From positions 2,208,001 through 2,272,000 of the forward strand of contig OY761159.2 of the NCBI GenBank assembly GCA_963664395.2: a stretch of DNA of 64,000 nucleotides. Direction: 5' to 3'. This DNA is from Candidatus Binatia bacterium. GTDB taxonomy: Bacteria; Desulfobacterota; Binatia; Bin18. Shown one piece after another: positions 51,231 to 59,876 of the stretch; within the stretch, counting starts at the first letter, position 1; the number at the start of each line of letters is the position of its first letter. Under the pieces are notes generated by a model. That model saw only the letters and a list, made by a program, of their open reading frames with translations, had not been told where the DNA came from and did not search any database. The position numbers were made by a program, and so were the translations under genes.

Positions 51231-51776
51231 ATGGGCGAAATGTTACTCGATCCGACCGATACGGTCGAACGTTCCCAGAAAGACTTTGCACCTCGGCTCG
51301 ACTCGCTGTCGGGGACGACCATCGGATTGCTCGATATCAGCAAATCCAAGGGCTCCTTTTTCCTTGACCGGGTGGAGGAGGTGCTGCGTGAGGAGTATGG
51401 AGTCAAAGAGGTGTTGCGGCGTATGAAGCCCACAGTCACGCGCCCGGCGCCCGAGCCTCTGCGGGTGGAGTTGCGCGAGCAGTGCGATGCCGTCATTGAA
51501 GCCCTCAGTGATTGAGGGGCCTGCATCTCGTGCAGTTCGCACGATGTCATCCACTTTGAAGAAAACGGTATCCCAACGGCAAACGTCACCACTACGGAAT
51601 TTATCGGCGCGGCCAACGCGCAGTGCTCTGCGCTGGGGATGGCCCAGTATCAGCCTATTCTGGTTGCACATCCGATTCAGCCCAAGACCAAGGACGAAGT
51701 CAGAGCTTTGGCGGACCGGGTCATTGACCAGATCGTCGGCAAGCTGCTCAAACACAAAGAACAGCAAGCCGCGTAG
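51231..51776 (+). CDS. UGSC-family selenoprotein (Sec at TGA 51513-51515; UxxC motif U-G-A-C), 181 aa
   Basis: DAVIEALSD-TGA-GACISCSSHD...GIPT...TTEF...HPI...; frame stays open to TAG 51774-51776; SECIS-like hairpin follows the TGA. Confidence 0.85.
51524..51546 (+). promoter_or_regulatory. Bacterial SECIS-like stem-loop
   Basis: CA(TC bulge)TCGTGC-AGTTC-GCACGATG; apical loop with G starts 18 nt after UGA. Confidence 0.6.
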
Positions 51777-51809
51777 GCTGTGCTCGCCGCAATACAGCGG
51801 AGTTGGCAT

Positions 51810-51843
51810 AAAAAAGAGGCAGCCCAATAGGGACTGCCTCTTT
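51810..51843. terminator. Probable bidirectional intrinsic terminator
   Basis: AAAAAAGAGGCAG-cccaataggga-CTGCCTCTTT between convergent genes. Confidence 0.7.
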
Positions 51844-51865
51844 GTGCGTGAAAAGGAGTGGATTT

Positions 51866-52351
51866 TTACGCTGCTGCTCGCAGCCGTGGCTGGACGCTGA
51901 TGGGCTGGCGCAACGCGCGTTGTGGAATTTCGACTGGTCGCTCGGCTTTCTGCTTGTTGAGGCCGCGCCGGATATACCCTGGATCAATCCCGAGCACAGA
52001 GCAAATGTTCACAAATGAGAACGGCCATTTGTAGTCATCCGTGAAAAACCATTGCTCCGCTTCCTGTGCGATACGATAGTCACGAAAACACGGTGCCCCA
52101 AACTGTTTCTGAAAGCAATCAATCGCGTCCTCCAGAACAGACTGTATGAGCGCAACTTCTGCGCGGGCGTGGTAGTGCTGACGTGGTGAGCCGTGGAACT
52201 GTTCGGGCAAAACGGCTGCCGGGACGATGGCTTCCCGTTCTGCCAGCCTCCCCCGCTCAAAAAGAAAACGCTGCGCCTTTGTTTCGAGGTCTGATGTTCC
52301 GCGAGAAGAAGCGGCAGCGACTCCGCATAAATCAGTAGATACTGTTTTCAT
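51866..52351 (-). CDS. Conserved hypothetical protein
   Basis: VLEDAIDCFQK...EAEQWF...WPFSFVNICSVLGIDP.YIR motif; GGAG RBS. Confidence 0.65.
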   Translation of the reverse strand: MKTVSTDLCGVAAASSRGTSDLETKAQRFLFERGRLAEREAIVPAAVLPEQFHGSPRQHYHARAEVALIQSVLEDAIDCFQKQFGAPCFRDYRIAQEAEQWFFTDDYKWPFSFVNICSVLGIDPGYIRRGLNKQKAERPVEIPQRALRQPISVQPRLRAAA

Positions 52352-52572
52352 GTGTTGATCCTCTCCGCTTGCCCCGTGCCTCTCCTCACGTACCGAAAGG
52401 GGCATGCCATCGTTTCTTTGATACCCAACTTTCGATAAGACGTTTCATATTTGTTGAAAATTCATGCTGGTATGCGAGCCGCTCTGGCTCTTGATATCGC
52501 ACCTGAACCGGCTGTTCTTGTTCAGCACATTCGGTACGCCTTGAAGATCACCCTGCAAGGAGCTTCGCGCGC

Positions 52573-52830
52573 ATGACCATACAGACCGCTTTCGCTGACA
52601 GCTCAGCCTGGATTGGCTCCGTTGGTGTTGCCCTATTGCTTGGGGCGTTTTTCCTGAATCTCTTTGGCTGGATGAAAAGCGACTCCAGGACATATCAAGC
52701 GCTCAACGCAATTGGAGCCGGGATAGCCTGCTATGCTTCATATCTGATCGACTTCCTCCCTTTTGTGGTGCTGGAAGGAACCTGGAGCATTGTTGCTGTC
52801 AGTGCGTTTATCCGCAAACGAAACTCGTGA
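52573..52830 (+). CDS. CBU_0592-like small membrane protein
   Basis: IGSVGVALLLGAFFL...YQALN..GA...PFVVLEG.W. Confidence 0.75.
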   Translation: MTIQTAFADSSAWIGSVGVALLLGAFFLNLFGWMKSDSRTYQALNAIGAGIACYASYLIDFLPFVVLEGTWSIVAVSAFIRKRNS

Positions 52831-52969
52831 CCACGCTGGGACCGACGGGTGCTGGCACTGCTGAAGTATAGGAAATCAACGCGCCGTTCGGGTGGCCCTA
52901 TGACTTCGCCCCCCTTTCTTGCTAAGCCTCGGACTCTTACTTTACCATTTGGACGAAAGAGGATTGTCT

Positions 52970-53713
52970 ATGGATGGAGAAGCCGCTGGGAAGCGGAAAC
53001 GAGCCACATCGCGTTTTACACGCACCACATTCCTGACCGGACTGCTGATTCTTATTCCTCTGGTTGCGACGTATTTGTTGGTCGCCTTTTTGTTTGACCT
53101 CCTCAGTGGGGCCGGCGCGCCAATCATGAAGACCTTGTTTGGTCCGCTGCAGCAGCTTGAAAGCTTTTGGTGGCTGGAGCCGATTACGCCGGTTGCCAAT
53201 ATTGTCCTGGCCCTGGCTATTATCTTTCTGCTGGGTCTGGTTGGAACGAATTTTATCGGGCGCCGGATTCTGGACGCCGTGAACACTTTGATCCTACGCC
53301 TGCCCCTCATTAGCAGCATCTATAGTGCAGTCAAACAAATGGTGGAGACCTTTCAGGGACCGTCCGGCAGCCTTCAGCGTGTCGTCCTCCTCCAATATCC
53401 GCGCAAGGGTATGTGGGTGATGGGGCTGGTTGCCACGGAACGGGACGACACGCTGGGGCTCTCCTCTGCCCCGCAGCTGCTTGCCGTTTTTATTCCCACT
53501 ACGCCAAACCCAACTTCAGGGTTTCTGGTTATGGTTCCGCCTGAGGAGGTGGTTGAAGTCGATTATACCGTCGAAGAGGCGTTCAAGTTCATTGTCTCCT
53601 CTGGCATTGTTGGCCACCACTTCGTCCGAAAAGCGCTGGTGAGTACCGACATAGCGAGCGTGCCGGACTTGGACGGCGAAAAAGAGGAAGGAGTTCGAGG
53701 AAGGAGCGCATAG
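52970..53713 (+). CDS. DUF502 membrane protein
   Basis: FLTGLL, RLPLISSIY..VKQ, VFIPTTPNPTSGF. Confidence 0.9.
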   Translation: MDGEAAGKRKRATSRFTRTTFLTGLLILIPLVATYLLVAFLFDLLSGAGAPIMKTLFGPLQQLESFWWLEPITPVANIVLALAIIFLLGLVGTNFIGRRILDAVNTLILRLPLISSIYSAVKQMVETFQGPSGSLQRVVLLQYPRKGMWVMGLVATERDDTLGLSSAPQLLAVFIPTTPNPTSGFLVMVPPEEVVEVDYTVEEAFKFIVSSGIVGHHFVRKALVSTDIASVPDLDGEKEEGVRGRSA

Positions 53714-54592
53714 ATGGACAAGATAGTTATCAAAGCCTGTCTGAATGGCGTGCGTGGTCGCGAGCAAAGCCGGAACGTCCCGTGGACGCCACAAGAAGTT
53801 GCGGTCGAGGCCAAGCGTTGCGCGGAGGTGGGCGCGGCCATCGTTCATATCCATGCCCGCACAAATGACGGTGGCATCAGCTATGACCCCGAGTGGTATG
53901 CGGAAGCCGACCGCCTGATTCGGGAACAGACCGATCTTATTATCAATCACACCACCGCGCGCCTGCCAGATGCGTCGATTGATCAGGTGTTGCGCTATCT
54001 GCGTGAAACGCCTGACCCGGTTGATATGATCTCCCTCAACACCGGGAGTATTGCTATCAATACGCCGCTGGTGAATGGCACCCGACAAACGCTGGCGCTT
54101 CCGAACTCCTATGAGGATATTCGCCAGACCATTCTTGTGTGTCGCGAACGCGGCATAGTACCTGAGCCGACCGTCCTCGATACGGGTTTTTTGTCCAATG
54201 TCGCCATGTTTGTAGAAGACGGCCTGCTGCCCGCTCCGCGCTATCTCCTGGTTGAGTTCTCAGGACGATTTGGCGCTGGCTTTCAGATTATGCCGGGCAC
54301 GCCGCGCAGCTATGCTTACATGACTGACTGCGTCAAAGAGGTCTTTCCGAATGCCACCTGGATTGCCCACGGTATGGAGGACAGCGTCTTCACCATTGCC
54401 AGTCTGGCGATTGCCACTGGCGCACATGTCCGGGTGGGTTTCGAGGATCGGGCAACCCGTATTGATGGCTCCGTAGCGAGCAGCAGCGCTGACTACGTTT
54501 CGTGGGTGACCGAGGTCGCCCGGGCACATGGACGCGAACCAGCCACGCCTCAGGAAGCGCGGCAGATTCTTGGCATACCGCAGCATCCATAA
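53714..54592 (+). CDS. Beta-keto acid cleavage enzyme (DUF849/BKACE)
   Basis: VPWTP.E, GAAIVHIHAR, HVRVGFED. Confidence 0.9.
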   Translation: MDKIVIKACLNGVRGREQSRNVPWTPQEVAVEAKRCAEVGAAIVHIHARTNDGGISYDPEWYAEADRLIREQTDLIINHTTARLPDASIDQVLRYLRETPDPVDMISLNTGSIAINTPLVNGTRQTLALPNSYEDIRQTILVCRERGIVPEPTVLDTGFLSNVAMFVEDGLLPAPRYLLVEFSGRFGAGFQIMPGTPRSYAYMTDCVKEVFPNATWIAHGMEDSVFTIASLAIATGAHVRVGFEDRATRIDGSVASSSADYVSWVTEVARAHGREPATPQEARQILGIPQHP

Positions 54593-54626
54593 GAAATCGT
54601 CAGAAATAGTCCGGAAGGTAGAGGAT

Positions 54627-55424
54627 ATGACGACTCCATATTATAAACAGCACTGGATTGAGATCGACGCAGCGCGCCTGTCGGTCTATGAGTCCTTGTT
54701 ACGCTACGAGCCACGCATGGAGCCGCTGCTCGCTCCGCTTGAGCTCCAGGCCGGCCTGTCTGTTCTCGATGTCGGCTCCGGTCCCGGCTCGACCACCCTG
54801 GAACTGGGGCGACGGGTCGGTCCCGCAGGGACGGTCGTTGGGGTTGATATTAACGCCGAGTTTGTTGCCCGGGCCGGTGTGAAAGCCCTGGAAGCCGGCC
54901 TCCCGCAGGTGCGCTTTCAGCAAGCCGACTTTCCTCCCTTGCCCTTTGAGGCTGGGACGTTTGAGCGGGTCTTGTGTAAAAACGTCCTCGAATACGTAGA
55001 CTCCGCCCAGCAGACCGTCCAAGACATTGCGCGTGTCACTCAGCCGGGTGGAATCATTGTGCTCATCGATAGTGACTGGGAGATGCTCGCCCTGGACGTG
55101 AGTGATGAAGCCTTACACGACCGCGTGCTCGGAGCGATCACAACGACCGCCATGCGCGAGCCGCGTATTGGACGCAAGCTGCGCCGGTTGTGTACGCTCG
55201 CCAAGCTCCAAGACATCCGGGTAAAAATATTTGCCAGTCCGGATGTTAAAGGCCATGCCATGCGTATGCTGGAGAATAACTGGTACCAGTACGCCTGCGA
55301 CTCGGGCAAAGTGACCCAGGCTGAGGCTGACGCTTGGCGAGAAGACGTTCGTTTGCGGCTGAAGAACGAAGAATATTGTTTCTGTTTGCCGCAGTTTGTG
55401 GTGTCCGCGCGAAAAGCGGTGTGA
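54627..55424 (+). CDS. Class I SAM-dependent methyltransferase (UbiE-like)
   Basis: VLDVGSGPG, GVD, LPF, PGG. Confidence 0.85.
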   Translation: MTTPYYKQHWIEIDAARLSVYESLLRYEPRMEPLLAPLELQAGLSVLDVGSGPGSTTLELGRRVGPAGTVVGVDINAEFVARAGVKALEAGLPQVRFQQADFPPLPFEAGTFERVLCKNVLEYVDSAQQTVQDIARVTQPGGIIVLIDSDWEMLALDVSDEALHDRVLGAITTTAMREPRIGRKLRRLCTLAKLQDIRVKIFASPDVKGHAMRMLENNWYQYACDSGKVTQAEADAWREDVRLRLKNEEYCFCLPQFVVSARKAV

Positions 55425-55491
55425 CGGACAGGCCAGGGGAGAAAGCGAGGTAGCCGGGATGCTACCTCGCTTTCTGACTCAGCGGAGCGGG

Positions 55492-57006
55492 TTATCGTTC
55501 TTGCCAGGGCATCTGCTTTTCAAAGGCATGACCGGCACGCAAGAGGGTGGCGTCATCAAAATGGCGTCCAGTCAGCATGAGGCCGACCGGCAGACCGTCA
55601 ACCTTCCCACAGGGAACAGTGAGCGACGGATGACCAGTCATATTAAACGGTGCCGTGTTGCCGAGCATATTCCAGCCGAATTGCAGCGAGTCGAACGCCC
55701 CCATATTGGGAACATAGCGATGGGCCGTCATCGGCGTTGTTGGCATCACAAGGATGTCGAAGCGTTCGAGGACCTGATCGTATGCGGCTTGGAGGACGCG
55801 ACGTTGGTTTTGGGCCTTGGCGTACAAACGGCCATAATAGGCCTGGTTCAGATAACTGCCGACCAGGGTCACAAATTTGGCCTGGTGGGGCAGGTCCTGG
55901 GCCTGGGCTTTGAGCGACTTGCCCAAGGTGTTCATCAGGCTCTCATTGTATAACCCCTTCCAGTGGTAGCCGACACCGTTGCCATATACCAAAGCCGTCA
56001 TCCCCTCAGCAATTAAGGCCCAGGTAATCCCACCGGCTTCAAGATGGGCCGGAATCGAGACTTCTTCTGCCTGCGCCCCAATGTCTTGCAAAGCGTTGAC
56101 GGCTGCATGGACCTTGGTGTCAACATCCGGCTGTGACACGGGTGTCCCAAACCCTTCTTTGACGACCCCCAACCGAAGGCCCTGGATGCTCTGCCCCAGG
56201 ACTTGCGTGTAGGGCTGCACCGGAACCTCGTCTTGGCGTGGGTCCAGCGGATCTTTACCAGCAATGACTTCAAGCAGCAGGGCGGTGTCTGCCACGGTCT
56301 CCGTCATCGGACCGGTGTGGTCGAAGGTGTTATCGATCCCGACGATGCCGGTGTATGGAACGAGGCTATGGGTTGGCTTAAGCCCCACGACGCCGCACCA
56401 GGATGCTGGAATGCGAATGGAGCCACCCTGGTCCCCGCCGATAGTCAGGTCAATGTCAGCGTACGACAGTGCGGCCCCAGAGCCGCCGGACGAACCGCCG
56501 GCCATATGGTCGGGATTATGCTGATTGCGGGTCGGGCCGTAGGCGCTGGTATGGCCGCCACCCGAGAAGGCAAAATTGTCCATGTTCAGGACTGCGGTAA
56601 TCTCGCCGCCGGCATCAAGGATGCGGGTGATAATAGTGGCATCAATGTCCGGCACATAGCCGCTCAGCACCAGGGAGGCACACGTCATGGGAATACCGGC
56701 AATACTCACGTTGTCCTTAATGCCCAGGCGCTTCCCGGCCAGCTTGCCCGAGGGCGCGCCCTTGATTGAGCAACGCCGGACTATGGCGTTGAGCGGATCG
56801 TCTGCACGGCTCGGACGGTTGCCGGACTCACGCTCACGATAGGTAATCTCCGGCAGGTTTGCGGGTGCCTGATCGAGTGCGTCCAGGGCGGCAAACATAT
56901 CCGGTAGCATAGCTTCATACGCCTCAGCCTCTTCCGCACTCAATTCAAAATGGTTGGCGTGAGCCAAACGATGGAGATCGTCTTTGGTCGGTTTGCGCAA
57001 TGTCAT
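55492..57006 (-). CDS. Amidase signature family protein
   Basis: IKDN, GGSSGGS, GGDQGGSIRIPASWCG. Confidence 0.92.
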   Translation of the reverse strand: MTLRKPTKDDLHRLAHANHFELSAEEAEAYEAMLPDMFAALDALDQAPANLPEITYRERESGNRPSRADDPLNAIVRRCSIKGAPSGKLAGKRLGIKDNVSIAGIPMTCASLVLSGYVPDIDATIITRILDAGGEITAVLNMDNFAFSGGGHTSAYGPTRNQHNPDHMAGGSSGGSGAALSYADIDLTIGGDQGGSIRIPASWCGVVGLKPTHSLVPYTGIVGIDNTFDHTGPMTETVADTALLLEVIAGKDPLDPRQDEVPVQPYTQVLGQSIQGLRLGVVKEGFGTPVSQPDVDTKVHAAVNALQDIGAQAEEVSIPAHLEAGGITWALIAEGMTALVYGNGVGYHWKGLYNESLMNTLGKSLKAQAQDLPHQAKFVTLVGSYLNQAYYGRLYAKAQNQRRVLQAAYDQVLERFDILVMPTTPMTAHRYVPNMGAFDSLQFGWNMLGNTAPFNMTGHPSLTVPCGKVDGLPVGLMLTGRHFDDATLLRAGHAFEKQMPWQER

Positions 57007-57241
57007 ACTGTCCTCCCTTTCGTGGTGTATTCTTTCCTCTGGACATGACATACCGAGGCGGACTTTGTCTACCTGTATTACCTCCGCTCAGTTTGGGAGA
57101 ACAAGCTGTTTGAGAAAGAAATCTTTGAAATCTTTGCTGGATAGGCTGTCAAATAGTATGCTAGAAAACCGGACAGACCCGTTCTCTGACAGTCCTTCTC
57201 GAATATGAGAATCAAGTTCAGTAAACGAAAGGATTCTGGAC

Positions 57242-58396
57242 ATGCCACTGTCCCACATCCACGTGATTGACCTGACCCGCGCCCGTGCCGGGCCGACCTG
57301 CGTGCGCCAGTTGGCCGATATGGGTGCTCAGGTGATAAAAGTCGAACACCCCCAAGACGAGGGCGAATGGGGCCGGCACGGTTTTGATTTTCAGAACCTG
57401 CACCGCAATAAGCGCTGCATGGTGCTTGATCTGAAGGACGAGCGCGGCACGCAGATTTTGAAACAGCTCGTCAAAAAATCGGACGTGTTGGTGGAGAATT
57501 ATCGGCCGAATGTCAAAAAGCGGCTCGGCATAGACTATGCGTCTCTCAGGCCGCTGAACCCGCGTCTCGTCTATGCCAGCATATCCGGCTTTGGACAGAC
57601 CGGGCCGTATAAAGATCGCCCCGGCTATGACCAGGTTGCCCAAGGACTGGGCGGACTCATGAGTATTACCGGACAGCCGGGCGGCGGACCTGTCCGCGCC
57701 GGGATTCCGGTGGCGGACCTGAGCGCCGGACTGCTTGCCGCACAGGGTATTTTGGTCGCACTCCTCGAACGCGAACGGTCCGGCGAAGGCCAGTGGGTCC
57801 ATACCTCACTGCTGGAGGCCATGGTCTCCATGCTCGACTTTCAGGCGACACGCTGGCTCATGGGCAAAGAAGTACCGCCGCAGGCCGGCAATAATCATCC
57901 AACCGTGATTCCCACCGGAACCTTCAAAGTCAAAGATGGGCACATCAATATTGCGACCACCAACCACATGTGGAAGCGGTTGTGTGTGGCGCTGGGTGAT
58001 GCAGCCTTAGCCGAAGACGAACGTTTTTCCTCTCCGGGCCGGCGCTCGAAAAACCGAGATGCGCTGACCCCAATTCTTGAAGAAAAACTCAAAGATAAGA
58101 CCGCGGACGAATGGATTGATGAACTGAACGCGGCCGGCATTCCGTGCGGCCCCATTTTGTCTATTGATAAGGTTTTTGACAATGAACAGGTCCGGCATCT
58201 CGGGCTGGCACATGCGATTGAACACCCGGCGCTCGGGTCTATCGAGATTCTGGGTCGCCCTGTGACGCTGAGTCGGACCCCGGCGAGCATTCGCACGCCG
58301 ACCGCGGAGAAAGGCGAGCATACAGACGAAATTTTGAAAGAACTGGGGGTGAGTGAGGAAGAGATTGGGCAGCTCCGCAAGGATGCGGTGATCTAA
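57242..58396 (+). CDS. CaiB/BaiF family III CoA transferase
   Basis: AGP...LADMGA.VIKVE, RNKR, VENYRP, ISGFGQTGPY...GYD, GEHTDEIL. Confidence 0.93.
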   Translation: MPLSHIHVIDLTRARAGPTCVRQLADMGAQVIKVEHPQDEGEWGRHGFDFQNLHRNKRCMVLDLKDERGTQILKQLVKKSDVLVENYRPNVKKRLGIDYASLRPLNPRLVYASISGFGQTGPYKDRPGYDQVAQGLGGLMSITGQPGGGPVRAGIPVADLSAGLLAAQGILVALLERERSGEGQWVHTSLLEAMVSMLDFQATRWLMGKEVPPQAGNNHPTVIPTGTFKVKDGHINIATTNHMWKRLCVALGDAALAEDERFSSPGRRSKNRDALTPILEEKLKDKTADEWIDELNAAGIPCGPILSIDKVFDNEQVRHLGLAHAIEHPALGSIEILGRPVTLSRTPASIRTPTAEKGEHTDEILKELGVSEEEIGQLRKDAVI

Positions 58397-58438
58397 AAAC
58401 GCAGCAAAAGATGGGAGCCTGCCGGCAGGTCCGGCGCC

Positions 58439-58678
58439 CTACTTGAACGCATGAAAGGTCAAGATGGTGAACGTCTCCCGAATATGAGGGATTTTCTGGA
58501 TCTGCTCAGTCACTAAATGCGAGAGATCCTCAAAGTCATCGACATACAGCTTGACCATCAGGTCATACGCCCCCGAGATGGAGTACGCCTCAGAGAAGCT
58601 TTCCAAATCGGTCATCCGGTCCGCGACTTCGGCCAAGGTGCCCGGTTCAACTTTCAGCATTAAAAAAATGGCCCGCAT
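58439..58678 (-). CDS. Lrp/AsnC ligand-binding domain protein
   Basis: EAYSISGAYDLMVK...I..T.T. Confidence 0.82.
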   Translation of the reverse strand: MRAIFLMLKVEPGTLAEVADRMTDLESFSEAYSISGAYDLMVKLYVDDFEDLSHLVTEQIQKIPHIRETFTILTFHAFK

Positions 58679-58759
58679 AGTTTTTCTCCTGCTCGGTTGG
58701 CTCCCGTCTCCAAAGAGTAAACGTGTCCCACTTTCTCACTGGGGATTGGCTGGATACGG

Positions 58760-59134
58760 TTACTCTTCACAGCGGTAGCGAATCCAGTAGTAATTCCTGA
58801 CTATCTTGGCGTTCTGCTGTACGCCGTCTTGCTGTTGTACCTCCTTTTCTTCAGACTTTTCTCCCTCATTGACCATCTGATAATGGGGGCAGTCGCTCTC
58901 GATGCTGGCCAATAATTCTGTTCTCACTTCTTGCTTGGGACGACTCCCAAGCGGCTTCATCCCATCCCAATCCAGTTCAAAGCGGGCAAATTCCATGCGC
59001 TTGGCCCGAATTGGCGAGTCGGTCGCGGGCTTGGCACTCAAAAACGGCACCGAGAGCGTAGGGGTCTGTGTCGAACCACACGCCAGGGTGAAAAGGATGC
59101 TCACAGCGAGGACGTACCATACAGGCTTTTGCAT
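58760..59134 (-). CDS. Hypothetical lipoprotein
   Basis: Signal peptide with lipobox TLA-C. Confidence 0.6.
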   Translation of the reverse strand: MQKPVWYVLAVSILFTLACGSTQTPTLSVPFLSAKPATDSPIRAKRMEFARFELDWDGMKPLGSRPKQEVRTELLASIESDCPHYQMVNEGEKSEEKEVQQQDGVQQNAKIVRNYYWIRYRCEE

Positions 59135-59294
59135 ACTATTTCCCTCTCCAAGAGTCGTCCCGCACAACCTGCCTACAAACCATCACCGCCAGGAGACAGA
59201 GTTGTACCATGAGCCGCTACCACTCTGCCAGCGTCTTGCGGGTGAGGTGCCCGTCCCTTGCGTCTCCGTGCCTTCTCCAATATAGCGGCAGCAT

Positions 59295-59714
59295 ATGGAA
59301 GCAGCGCTCGAAGATCTCCTCAATCGACTTTTGGAAGCGGAACGTGCGGGTCATACGCTTCTTGATACGTTGAGTCAGACAAGCGTCGATTCAGGCCTCA
59401 CATCGTTATTTGCCAGCTTCACAGAAGTTGAGGTCAGCGATGTGTCTATCCTGGAGGGATTAATCCGGCTGCATGGTGGTACGCCGTCAACTGCAACTGG
59501 TGATTTTGCTCAAAAAGTCCTCCAGGTTGAGAACCTCCAGGACCAGCTTGACCTCCTCTCACGCGGTCAGGCGTGGGTCGCTCGCACAGTTGAACAAGCG
59601 CTCGATTTACAACCTCCTCCAGATATCGCGGCCTTTCTCAAGGAGATGGCGAATCGTCATCGACACAATGTGGAATGGGCACGCGCAGAAGCCATACGAA
59701 TCCTTGAGCAATAA
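59295..59714 (+). CDS. Ferritin-like/DUF6306-like protein
   Basis: LN.LLEAERAG...TGDF...LL.RGQAWV...EM...H..N. Confidence 0.7.
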   Translation: MEAALEDLLNRLLEAERAGHTLLDTLSQTSVDSGLTSLFASFTEVEVSDVSILEGLIRLHGGTPSTATGDFAQKVLQVENLQDQLDLLSRGQAWVARTVEQALDLQPPPDIAAFLKEMANRHRHNVEWARAEAIRILEQ

Positions 59715-59876
59715 AACGACCAGGCGACTGCCCTTGCTGCTGTGCGGCGTGGCTCTTGTCCAATTCCTGAGCCTGGAGGCGACCATTCCCCTTGATGCGG
59801 CTGTCTACCAGTGGTTGCAGTCGGGCCGGCGGACCGTAGCTTTCCACTCCGTACAGCTTTTGTAAGAGGTGCTTAA

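Noticed and set aside
51521-51535. Alternative hairpin CTGCA-TCTCG-TGCAG as the SECIS
   Set aside because: Its loop is only about 10 nt from the UGA; the 51524-51546 fold fits bacterial SECIS spacing better
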